Assembly: GCA_021790235.1 (NCBI GenBank)
Contig: JAJYID010000003.1
Location: forward strand, 20,038-84,037
Origin: a bacterium
Lineage (GTDB): Bacteria; Patescibacteriota; CPR2; UBA1875; JAJYID01
Direction of reading: 5' to 3'
Length of the DNA: 64,000 bases
The translations under genes were made by a program, and so were the position numbers. Positions 49,910-58,977 of this stretch are shown one piece after another. The notes beneath the pieces were generated by a model that was not told the origin of the DNA, did not search any database, and saw nothing but the letters and a program-made list of their open reading frames with translations. Each line of letters starts with the position of its first letter. Position 1 is the first letter of the stretch.

Positions 49910-50726
49910 ACCATCTTATTGTTACAAATAGCGTAAAAAAGATAACTGAGGATACGCTTAAATATTCAATGATAACTCTTGATGTAAATCTTTCCTCGAG
50001 TTTATGGATCATAAGACCATACACTAAATAATATATTACTATTGTAAAGAGTGGCAAGGTCACAATCGACAAACTTGTAGTGTTCTCAACTTTATAAATG
50101 CTTGGATATCTTTCCAGATAAAAACTGGCAGCTAGAGAGATTTCAGTTATCAGAAAGGCTAAAACCGTGGAATAAGCTTTTGTCCATTTTTTTGTAATCC
50201 TGTTTTTTGCGAAATTATAGAACGAAAGCAGGTAAATAAAAGCAAATATGGATAAACCGCCTGTCAAAACTGCAAAATCTCCAAAGTACTTTTGGAGGAT
50301 AATTTCCAGATTTACCAATATATTCGTCCCTAGAAATACTGCGAGTAAGACCGAAAGATTCAGGGCATTTTTTTGGATTTGATTCATTGAACCCTTCTTG
50401 AACATACCCGCAAGATATCTAAGACCCAAGAAATAGGCCAGAAAAACAAGGGCAAGAATGAAATGATTGCCGAAGACTGCAATATTTGCATTCATAAAAG
50501 CCGTTATAAACAATATAAAAAGGATGTCATCTCTCTTTTTATACTCAAGGAATTTTTTCAGCTCTATCCCAAAAAACATGAGCATATATAGAAAAACTGT
50601 TATAAATGAAAGTATGAAAAGCAGCCAGAAATAGAGTTTATTTGCGAGGACTAATGTTAAAAGCATGCTTTCTATATAAAGTAGTCCTAGAATAACATCT
50701 GATCTGTATTTTTCTGCGAAAGCCAT
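49899..50726 (-). CDS. polytopic membrane protein
   Basis: About eight hydrophobic segments; overlaps both neighbouring genes. Confidence 0.7.
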   Translation of the reverse strand: MAFAEKYRSDVILGLLYIESMLLTLVLANKLYFWLLFILSFITVFLYMLMFFGIELKKFLEYKKRDDILFILFITAFMNANIAVFGNHFILALVFLAYFLGLRYLAGMFKKGSMNQIQKNALNLSVLLAVFLGTNILVNLEIILQKYFGDFAVLTGGLSIFAFIYLLSFYNFAKNRITKKWTKAYSTVLAFLITEISLAASFYLERYPSIYKVENTTSLSIVTLPLFTIVIYYLVYGLMIHKLEERFTSRVIIEYLSVSSVIFFTLFVTIRWFGS

Positions 50727-52093
50727 CAGTTAGTACTTAGCTGATCTTTCCCGACCACTATTGTAATATCATATAAACCGGTTGGATCAGGAGCCTGAGT
50801 TGATTTGATACAGAACTTTTTTTCCAGAAAATCGATAGTTTTCGGTTTGGCGCCATTTGTATGATCAATAATCTCAGTAGCCGAGTTCAATTCGTCTGCA
50901 TTCGACAAATCATTGATTTGCATACCCATACCTGAAATAGAATCACCTGTTTTTTTAGCCTCTCCGGAAACTCCTGTAGCATTTAAAATTTGTATCTTCG
51001 CAGCTTCATCATTAAGTCCGGAATCAGTAAAGATATTCTTTGCTATATTTTGGATCTCATCATAGTTGCCTGTTTTAGGAAGCAGAATGTATGTGCCATT
51101 ATTTGCCGAGACAAGCGGGCCGTTTGTGCTATTATCTAAAACTTTATTTATAATTTTTGTCTTATCGGTCTTCTGGAACATATCGAAGAGACGCTTTGCT
51201 TCCCAGATTTGCATGTTAGTTTTTATATGATCTCCTAAAACATTTAAAATATCATTCATCTTCACCGGGTTCAAAAGTGTACTCGTGCTCGTCAGTTTGT
51301 CTCTGACTGCCATTAAAATTTGCTGCTGTCTTTTGGCGCGATCAAAGTCAGATGTCGTTTCCCTGCTTCTGGCATATTTCAGAGCCTCAGCGCCACTCAT
51401 GTGATGCATACCTTTTGTAATATAATAAGTACCGTCTGGATAATATGGATCGTACAAATCATTTTCTACGTTTACATCAACTCCGCCAATATCATCAATA
51501 ATCTTTGCAAAACCGGAAAAATCAACTCTGACAGTATAATGAATAGGCAAATTCAAAACATTTTGTACCGTTTGAGTTGATAGATTAATCCCATTACCTG
51601 GTTTGTCCTCTTCACCATAAGCATCAGCCGCATTAATTTTAGCTTTTCCATGACCGGGGATACTTACATACAAGTCCCTCGGTACAGACAGAAATGCTAC
51701 CTGATTTGTAGAAGGTTTGATACTTGCCACCATGATGGTATCTGTCAGGTTTGGACCATCGTGGCCCGCTCCGCCTATACCAAGCAGCAAGACATTAATC
51801 CTATCCTGAGCTTCACCTTTTAACTGTCCGCTTCCAAAAAGTCCGAGAAGGCCGGGGGCACCATTACCCTGAAACATTTTCTGAGCGAGAACATAAGCTT
51901 TATAACCGAGGAAAATTCCGCCAACAAGAAAAAGTGCGACAACTGTAAGAATAATCCTCCTCTTCCAATGTTTTTTCTTTTTCTTTTTAAATTTTACAGG
52001 TGTTTTTGTACTTTCGTTCTGACTTTTCACTATTTCTCCAGAATCATCATCTTCGATATCGCTTAATATATCTTCTATCGATTTTTTGCTCAT
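50726..52093 (-). CDS. LCP (LytR-CpsA-Psr) family protein with LytR_C domain
   Basis: NVLLLG, LTDTIM, SVPRD, YARSR, DFDRAKRQQ and ILNATGVSGEA motifs. Confidence 0.92.
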   Translation of the reverse strand: MSKKSIEDILSDIEDDDSGEIVKSQNESTKTPVKFKKKKKKHWKRRIILTVVALFLVGGIFLGYKAYVLAQKMFQGNGAPGLLGLFGSGQLKGEAQDRINVLLLGIGGAGHDGPNLTDTIMVASIKPSTNQVAFLSVPRDLYVSIPGHGKAKINAADAYGEEDKPGNGINLSTQTVQNVLNLPIHYTVRVDFSGFAKIIDDIGGVDVNVENDLYDPYYPDGTYYITKGMHHMSGAEALKYARSRETTSDFDRAKRQQQILMAVRDKLTSTSTLLNPVKMNDILNVLGDHIKTNMQIWEAKRLFDMFQKTDKTKIINKVLDNSTNGPLVSANNGTYILLPKTGNYDEIQNIAKNIFTDSGLNDEAAKIQILNATGVSGEAKKTGDSISGMGMQINDLSNADELNSATEIIDHTNGAKPKTIDFLEKKFCIKSTQAPDPTGLYDITIVVGKDQLSTN

Positions 52094-52215
52094 TTTCCCT
52101 CGGTTAATTTGCTAAATTTCCAGCATAAGAAAAAGTATACAAAAAAATACATTGCCCGTAAAGTAGTTTCTTGATAAACTTATTTATAGTTTTTTTAAAA
52201 TGAGAAAAAATCCCT

Positions 52216-52845
52216 ATGGCAGAAAAAAAAATAAGAGAAAATACACTTTTCACAAAAGAAATGATCAAAACCGTTATTATTTTTTTGGCAGTTCTCATAA
52301 TCTTAAAGTTTTTAATTTTAGAACCTTTTTTAGTCTTAGGGACATCAATGGAGCCTAACTTCCAAAATCAAAACTACATCTTTGTAGAAGGACTGACATA
52401 TCTATATTCATCTCCTCAGAGAGGCGACGTAGTGGTTTTCAAACACCCCGAAAAACAATGCAATGATTTCCTAAATGCAAGCTACATAAACCGTTTTTTG
52501 CCTTTTAGCCCCTGTACAAACTTTATTAAAAGGATTATTGGGCTTCCCGGTGAAACGGTAATTATTAAAAACGGGACTGTCACTATCAAGAACAAAGAGC
52601 ATCCGAATGGATTTACATTAAACGAGCCCTATATTCCAGACACCGCAAACTTCAAACTCCAAGGAGACGAAACAACTACACTAGGTAAAGACGAATATTT
52701 TACTTTAGGTGATAACAGAGAACCAAATGCCAGTTTGGATTCGCGCGAATGGGGTCCTCTGCCGAGAGATCATATCATCGGCAAGGCTTGGCTCCGCGTT
52801 CTGCCTTTAAGCGAAATAGGGCTCATCCCTGAACCGAAATATTAA
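52216..52845 (+). CDS. lepB: signal peptidase I
   Basis: GTSMEPN, FIKRIIGLPGE and GDNR..SLDSR motifs. Confidence 0.93.
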   Translation: MAEKKIRENTLFTKEMIKTVIIFLAVLIILKFLILEPFLVLGTSMEPNFQNQNYIFVEGLTYLYSSPQRGDVVVFKHPEKQCNDFLNASYINRFLPFSPCTNFIKRIIGLPGETVIIKNGTVTIKNKEHPNGFTLNEPYIPDTANFKLQGDETTTLGKDEYFTLGDNREPNASLDSREWGPLPRDHIIGKAWLRVLPLSEIGLIPEPKY

Positions 52846-52932
52846 GATACATTATTTAATTCTCTGAAGATTTTAAAAAATTCTAAAGTATTTTTTCCAA
52901 ACCAGTCGAGCTTGTTTTTAAGAGTTGGCTTG

Positions 52933-53295
52933 TTATAACAAATCAATCTCTTTCACCAACTCTGGCATAACTTTCAAAATATATGCCGTCATCTTCAAAT
53001 ACTTCAAGGACTTTGTACCTTCCTTTTGTATAAGTTCTTTTCCCTCTTTAAAATGAACCGCTTCTAATATAAGAATACTGGCAAGCGGTCTGGACAAGAC
53101 AGCGTTTCCTTGAGTTTTTAGTAAAGGCACTTCACCATCCAAATAAAAGTTTCTCTGTCCTTGCTTCAAAAAATCATAGATCTTCCCGGTTTCTATTTTC
53201 TCTGGCAGACATTCTTCTCTTTTTCTGTTGCCCTTTTTAAATTCCTCAAAATCTCTGAGTGCGAGATCCGGATTAAACTCAACTTGAATACCCAT
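52933..53295 (-). pseudogene. conserved hypothetical protein with a probable single-base deletion near 53030
   Basis: MGIQVEFNPDLALR... Restoring one T (CTT-TAT) gives ELYTKGRYKVLEVFEDDGIYFESYARV, a more plausible C-terminus than the track's. Confidence 0.5.
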
Positions 53296-54168
53296 TTAGT
53301 TGCCTTTCATGAAAAAGCCGATGATTCTTTCCCGATCTTCGTCTGAATCATAGTTTATAGTAATTGATCCGCCTTTTCTTTTGGGTCTTATAGTCACCTT
53401 CGATCCCAGCGTCTCACTAAGTTCTTTCTCTATTTGAGCCACATCCGGATCCGACTCCACCTTATCTTTTTTTAACTTCTGGCCGGAGATGACTTCACTG
53501 ACTTTCTTTTCAGTTTCTCTGACAGAAAGTTTTCGGGAAATAATGAGACCCAAGAGTAAAATCTGCTGTTCAGTATTGATGATAGCTAGAAGGGCGCGAG
53601 CATGTCCTTCGGAAATCTGTCCCGTATTTAAAGCTCTTTTAATCTCAACCGGGAGACTGAGAAGACGGATTTTGTTTGCAATTTGGCTTCTCGACTTTCC
53701 GACTCGTCCGGCCACCTCTTCCTGAGTCAGGGATAGTTCACCCATAAGTTTCTGATATGCCAGGGCTTCTTCGATAGCGTTTAGATTGTCTCGCTGAATA
53801 TTTTCAACCAAGGCCAGCTCAAGTTTCTTCAGTTCTTTCCCGTCACGAACTATTACAGGCACTTCTGAAAGACCCAGAACTTTTGCAGCCCTGAGGCGCC
53901 TCTCTCCGGCTATCAGTTCATATCCGCTTCCTGATTTCACAACTATTAATGGTTGAATAATGCCGTTTTCTTTAATTGACTCGGCTAAGTCTGCCAGTGA
54001 CTCATCGTTAAAAGTTTGTCTCGGTTGTACCGGGTTCGGCTCTATTGAGTTCACCGGAACATTTAGAAAGTTTCCCTCAGGTTTGTCACTTGTTGACACA
54101 TTATCGTTTCCGATCGGAATCAAAGCATCGAGTCCGCGTCCAAGACCCCGTGAATTTTTTACTGACAT
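53296..54168 (-). CDS. parB: chromosome partitioning protein ParB
   Basis: GLGRGLDALI, NPVQPR, AGERRLRA and ENIQR motifs; HTH. Confidence 0.95.
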   Translation of the reverse strand: MSVKNSRGLGRGLDALIPIGNDNVSTSDKPEGNFLNVPVNSIEPNPVQPRQTFNDESLADLAESIKENGIIQPLIVVKSGSGYELIAGERRLRAAKVLGLSEVPVIVRDGKELKKLELALVENIQRDNLNAIEEALAYQKLMGELSLTQEEVAGRVGKSRSQIANKIRLLSLPVEIKRALNTGQISEGHARALLAIINTEQQILLLGLIISRKLSVRETEKKVSEVISGQKLKKDKVESDPDVAQIEKELSETLGSKVTIRPKRKGGSITINYDSDEDRERIIGFFMKGN

Positions 54169-54923
54169 TTTATGTGCACCTCCTTTGCCAGACTTTTATA
54201 AGCATTCGCGCCTTTGCCAAGCTTATCGTATTTAAATATACTTTTTCCGAAACTCGGGGCTTCAGCCAAACGGATGTTCCGCGGGATAATGGTATCAAAA
54301 ACCTTACCGGGGAAATGTTTTTTGACTTCCTGCTCGACCTGCCTTGAAAGTATCGTTCTTTTATCATACATCGTCAGCAAAACACCAAGCAAGTCAATAT
54401 TCGGATTCAAACTTGTTTTAATTCGCTGAACCGTATGCAAAAGCTGGCTTAAACCCTCAAGAGCGAAATACTCGGCTTGTACGGGGATTAAAATCTTATC
54501 AGAAGCAGTTAATCCGTTAACCGTCAGAAGTCCCAATGAAGGCGGAGAATCCAGAAAAATATAATCATAATCATTAGAGAGTTTTGCCAATGCATTTTTC
54601 AGCTTATGCTCGCGTGCAAAATGTGACACAAGCTCTACTTCGGCAGCAGCCAGAACAGTTGCTGAAGGAATAATATGCAAGTTTTGATACTTAGTACGAA
54701 AAATCGATTCCTGTGGGTTGATTTCATTGATTAAAACATCATAGAGTGATCGTCTGAGAGCATTTCTATCAACACCGATGCCGCTAGTTGAGTTACCTTG
54801 AGGATCTAAGTCGATCAAAAGCACTCGATTGCCTTCGTGCGCAAGATAAGCGGCCAAGTTTATTGTGGTAGTAGTTTTACCAACTCCGCCTTTTTGATTT
54901 GTTACCGCAATAATTTTGCCCAT
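54159..54923 (-). CDS. parA: chromosome partitioning ATPase ParA/Soj
   Basis: NQKGGVGKTT, DLDPQGN, DSPPSLG and LAEAPSFG; start set at MGKII. Confidence 0.95.
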   Translation of the reverse strand: MGKIIAVTNQKGGVGKTTTTINLAAYLAHEGNRVLLIDLDPQGNSTSGIGVDRNALRRSLYDVLINEINPQESIFRTKYQNLHIIPSATVLAAAEVELVSHFAREHKLKNALAKLSNDYDYIFLDSPPSLGLLTVNGLTASDKILIPVQAEYFALEGLSQLLHTVQRIKTSLNPNIDLLGVLLTMYDKRTILSRQVEQEVKKHFPGKVFDTIIPRNIRLAEAPSFGKSIFKYDKLGKGANAYKSLAKEVHIKCQ

Positions 54924-54989
54924 AGTTCCTTTACTATAGCAGAAACGATTATCAATTTGAATACAGACCTTATTCCTCATTATATAAAT

Positions 54990-55071
54990 AAGAAAGGGAG
55001 CATAACATTAAGCCATGCTCCCCTATCCTTGCAACCAAGATTGGGGAAACAAAAACTGTTTCCCCAATCTT
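54990..55071 (-). terminator. double hairpin terminator after the AAA-CYTH gene
   Basis: AAGATTGGGGAAACA-gtttt-TGTTTCCCCAATCTT, then GGGAGCAT...ATGCTCCC-TTTCTT. Confidence 0.75.
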
Positions 55072-55111
55072 TCTAGACTTTTGGGTATGCCATTATAGCG
55101 CACCTTCGTTT

Positions 55112-56242
55112 TTAATGAGATAATGCCAGGTAAGCATTCGAGTATTCTTTCTCTCCCGTCACCTCTCGAATAACTTTAATAAACGGAGGCAGTTGCACAG
55201 TATCATTTTCCTCAGTTAACTCAATTTCCAGAAGTATCAACCCTTTATGCTTTTTCGGATGTGAAAGAACATCCAGCTCAAAGTATTGATTTTTCCAAGG
55301 GAAGAGAGTTCTTTTCTTCCTGACAGGTGATCTCATCGAATCAGCATGAGCATCAATCTCATCAAAATACTCTGCCGCCGTGATCATATGTTCCGTTTCC
55401 AGCCGCTTACCCAGAGTATCCGTTTGAACTTTTCTTGTCTTGAAATAAATATAACTGTTATCTTGTCCTCTCTTACGTACCCGAATTTCCTCTTCCTCGT
55501 TACTAGAAAACAAGTAGACCTGTTCAATATCTACAGTTGTATAATGAAGTATTTTATCCCAATCTATGCTTTCAACCAAGAATTTGCGCTCATACTCAAT
55601 GGGGACCGGGACTCCAAGAATCCTGCACATTGCCTGGAAAGTCCTTCTGATTTTACCCTGAAAATCAGTTGAGTTATCAATAATAGAAAGATGAGGAACA
55701 CCGGTCCAAGCTTTAATGGTCTTCTCATCAGTCTCCCTCGCTTGTTCTGCGGTCTCCCATCTTGCCGAATTATTCTCGCATTGATAATAATCTTCAGCGC
55801 CATTCGCAGCTGTTACGAGATGCACTGCACCATTGTATCGGCGATCTCTTATCTCCGGTATTTTTAAGTAGTTTGCATGCACAATAGCAGCAAACCTTTC
55901 CTTCCCTATATAGGGCTCACCGTCCATCGTCCCACGATCTGTCAGGACTAAAGGTTTTGAACCTGGGTTTGTGCGGAGGTGATCCTCCGCTAATCTAGAC
56001 ATTGAATCTTCCCAAGCAAGCTGCATTCGCAAGACTTCTTCTTCAAAACGGAAAAACTGAGATTTGGAGAGACTTTTAAGATCAAGCCCGGCTTTTTTAA
56101 ATCTGGTTGCCATCTCTTCCACGAGGAAAACTTTAAAGCCAATGTCTCCAAGCTTTTCAACACAGTAACTCATGCCGGTAGTTTTGCCTCCACAAGGGCC
56201 ACCTGTCACAACAACCTTTGGTATATGTAGGATATCTGTCAC
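55112..56242 (-). CDS. AAA_28 (NadR/Ttd14-like) P-loop kinase fused to a CYTH domain
   Basis: TGGPCGGKTT, DRGTMD and HLVTAA motifs; CYTH EYERKF, RVRKR, FELD and LEIEL. GTG start after SD AAGGGG. Confidence 0.82.
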   Translation of the reverse strand: MTDILHIPKVVVTGGPCGGKTTGMSYCVEKLGDIGFKVFLVEEMATRFKKAGLDLKSLSKSQFFRFEEEVLRMQLAWEDSMSRLAEDHLRTNPGSKPLVLTDRGTMDGEPYIGKERFAAIVHANYLKIPEIRDRRYNGAVHLVTAANGAEDYYQCENNSARWETAEQARETDEKTIKAWTGVPHLSIIDNSTDFQGKIRRTFQAMCRILGVPVPIEYERKFLVESIDWDKILHYTTVDIEQVYLFSSNEEEEIRVRKRGQDNSYIYFKTRKVQTDTLGKRLETEHMITAAEYFDEIDAHADSMRSPVRKKRTLFPWKNQYFELDVLSHPKKHKGLILLEIELTEENDTVQLPPFIKVIREVTGEKEYSNAYLALSH

Positions 56243-56451
56243 CTGATTCCCCTTTTGGTAAGGTACATGCACATTAAAACACAAATGCCAAGAAGTTTCC
56301 CTCTCAGCATATTTAGTTTACCACAAAAAAAGTTTTTCACATATCCCGAGATGATTTTGTCAATGAATCAATATAAAAAATCCCGTTTCCCGAAAGTCTC
56401 TTTAGTAATATAAGAGAGAATTCTCTGAATGTCTGAGATAGGTATTAAAAA

Positions 56452-56790
56452 CTACTTGACGCTTATTTTTTCTACCTGCACCTTTGTGAGCTTTTGCCTG
56501 TGTCCAGTCTTTTTACGGTAGTTTTTTCTTTTCTTATATTTTAACACTACTATCTTATCGGCTTTTTCTTGAGAAATAATCTTCACTCTAACATTCCCAT
56601 TCTCGATGATCGGTTTACCTACCTCAACTTTATCACCATCTGCCACTAAAAGAATATCTTTGATATCGAGTGTCTTGCCTTCTTCGGCATCAAGCTTTTC
56701 AACCAATAATGTGTCACCTTCGGAAATTTTGTATTGTTTTCCGCCGGTTTTTATAATTGCAAATTTTTTAACTTTAGTTTTTTCCGCCAT
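56452..56790 (-). CDS. rplU: 50S ribosomal protein L21
   Basis: AIIKTGGKQYK and KTGHRQ motifs. Confidence 0.96.
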   Translation of the reverse strand: MAEKTKVKKFAIIKTGGKQYKISEGDTLLVEKLDAEEGKTLDIKDILLVADGDKVEVGKPIIENGNVRVKIISQEKADKIVVLKYKKRKNYRKKTGHRQKLTKVQVEKISVK

Positions 56791-56860
56791 TTTTTCAACT
56801 TGATTTAAGCACTAAAAAATTATACTAGAAAATCCTGTTTTGGTCAACGAGAATCTGACT

Positions 56861-57736
56861 CTAAGGTTGAACAGATTTGAGAAAATCCCAAAACTGAGGC
56901 CATGTTTTGTCCGCCGCTTCCGGATATTTGAAACCAGCACCCTTGCCATCTGTTTTCGCTTTCATAGCTATGGCCTGAACGACTCGATGATCTTTGGATA
57001 AAATCGGCCTACCTGCACTATAGTTTGCAAGTTCTTTTTCCATCTCTTCTATACGATTACTTTCGTGCCCTTTAAGACTCGGTCAGCAACTCTCTCCATC
57101 CTACTTACCGATCAAATCAAATGTCCTCGCGAAACAATAATCTTCTGCCTGCTTTGGAACAAAGTCTAATGCCTAGCCTTTGAACTTCCTTAAAAATGCC
57201 TCGGCCTGGACAGAAATCGTTTTATCATATTTCGGTTCCCACTTTTCACTAGCTTGTCGCTTACTATTCCAATGATCCACAGTTTTATAAGTTAATGATA
57301 ATTTAAAAGGTGGATTTTCAATTTTTTCAGTATTCCCGCATAATACAGCTGCACTTGCCCACTGCGATGTGCCATGGTCTAACTTCAAAAGCTCGGAAAG
57401 TGGGTAGTTGATGATTTCAGAATTACTGCATATTTTTCTTTCTTTCAATGTCTTATGCTTTGTAAATTTCTTATTTAATCCATATTTCCACGACACAAAT
57501 TGCAGAAATCGGAAAAGAGTTCCCGATTCACCAACATCTATCACATCACCGGTCAACCAATCCTCAAGCGCTTTTTTAAGAGCAAACAAATCATCGCTTA
57601 AATATTCCTGCTCATCCAAGAATTGCAGGATATCATTTCTCCCATGCAACAAATCCAAAATACCCATTCTCATAATCCAGGACTTGTCCAAAGGTATGTA
57701 TTTTTGAAATTTTGAATTTAGAGTTTGATTAGACAT
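56861..57736 (-). pseudogene. short AroA/EPSP-synthase-like protein with three in-frame stops
   Basis: One 292-codon frame carrying PLDKSW, GESGTLFRF, SLKGHESNRI, DHRVVQA and KTWPQFW. Interrupted by TAG (57173), TAG (57101) and TGA (57083). Confidence 0.75.
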
Positions 57737-57761
57737 TGAAAATTAGTAATTGAAAATTTTA

Positions 57762-58868
57762 TCAGAAATCTATCTTCTTATGATGAATGTGGATGCTTTC
57801 GAGAATTCCCAGAGAAACTAAAACTACGATTACTGATGAGCCGCCGAGACTGATGAGGGGGAGCGGTATCCCGGCCACCGGCGCTATCCCCAGATTCATT
57901 CCGATATTTAGAAAAACATGAAAGGCAAGCATTGCCACGACTCCTGTCGATAAATACATTCCAAAATAGTCCCTCGACTTGGCAGCAATCAAAATACCGC
58001 GAAAAATCAAAACTGCAAAGAGCACAAGTACCACAAAAACCCCGACAAACCCCATCTCTTCAGCTAGAGAGGCAAAAATAAAGTCAGTATTTTTCTCTGG
58101 GATAAAATTCAGTTGAGATTGTGTCCCATGACCAAGACCTCTGCCAAAAAGCTGGCCTGAGCCGATAGCAATCTGCGCCTGCGTCACGTTATAGCCGGCG
58201 CCTTTTGGATCGCTCGACGGATGCACAAGTGCTATAATTCTCTGTTTTTGATAATCATGCATAGTTATCCATCCTACCGGGACTAAAAGCAGTGCAGCGG
58301 CAACTAAAATTATAATATGTTTCAGACGTATTCTGCTGACCGCAAGCATTGCTATCCAAATCACAATAAAAACAAGTGCTGTCCCCAAGTCCGGCTGTAT
58401 TAGAACTAGAAAAGTCGGTATAGCAAAGTAAATACCAGACTTTATGATCGGCTTCAGCTTGTGCATTTCCTCGGCAAAGTCGCTGAAGTATTTCGCCATC
58501 ACAATAATAATAAGCAGTTTCACAAACTCAGACGGCTGAAACTGAAAACCGGCTATAGTAATCCATCTGGTCGCACCCATAGAGTTTTTACCCAAAAAAT
58601 GTACAACAATAAGGGTGAAAATCAGGATAATATAGAGAACACTGCTCCAGTTAAACATGGTTCGATAATCAAAAAAAGCAACAAAAAAGAAAAAAATTAA
58701 TCCAATCAAGCCAAAGATCGCCTGCTGCCATGCTTCTTTACCGCCGCCAACCATACCAAAGGTTGTAGAATAAATAACTGCAATACCGATAGCAAAAAGA
58801 AGTATGCCGATGACAATAATGACCCAATCAAAGTTTTTTAAGGCGCGCAAGTTAAACATAACAGCCAA
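57762..58868 (-). CDS. rodA: rod shape-determining SEDS protein RodA
   Basis: GATRWI, QPSEFVK, QPDLGT, TDFIF and PLPLISLGGSS motifs. Confidence 0.93.
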   Translation of the reverse strand: MAVMFNLRALKNFDWVIIVIGILLFAIGIAVIYSTTFGMVGGGKEAWQQAIFGLIGLIFFFFVAFFDYRTMFNWSSVLYIILIFTLIVVHFLGKNSMGATRWITIAGFQFQPSEFVKLLIIIVMAKYFSDFAEEMHKLKPIIKSGIYFAIPTFLVLIQPDLGTALVFIVIWIAMLAVSRIRLKHIIILVAAALLLVPVGWITMHDYQKQRIIALVHPSSDPKGAGYNVTQAQIAIGSGQLFGRGLGHGTQSQLNFIPEKNTDFIFASLAEEMGFVGVFVVLVLFAVLIFRGILIAAKSRDYFGMYLSTGVVAMLAFHVFLNIGMNLGIAPVAGIPLPLISLGGSSVIVVLVSLGILESIHIHHKKIDF

Positions 58869-58977
58869 TCCTTTGGATTATAAATTTCTAAGTCCTAATT
58901 TCCAATTTTCAATGAATGACTTAATTAAATCATTCGCAAAATTTAGGATTGTTTAGTTACTGGATATTGGTTACTTA

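Noticed and set aside
53296..55100. parS site near parAB
   Set aside because: No TGTTTCACGTGAAACA-like palindrome was found by eye.
55083..55103. GGTGCGCTATAATG resembling the XerC arm of a dif site
   Set aside because: No XerD arm (TTATGTTAAAT) at the right spacing, and strand bias does not switch here.
57083..57175. Stop-codon reassignment (code 25 or amber recoding) as the cause of in-frame stops
   Set aside because: TGA and TAG terminate intact core genes here (recR, ileS, rodA; dnaX, rplU), and no core gene has internal stops.
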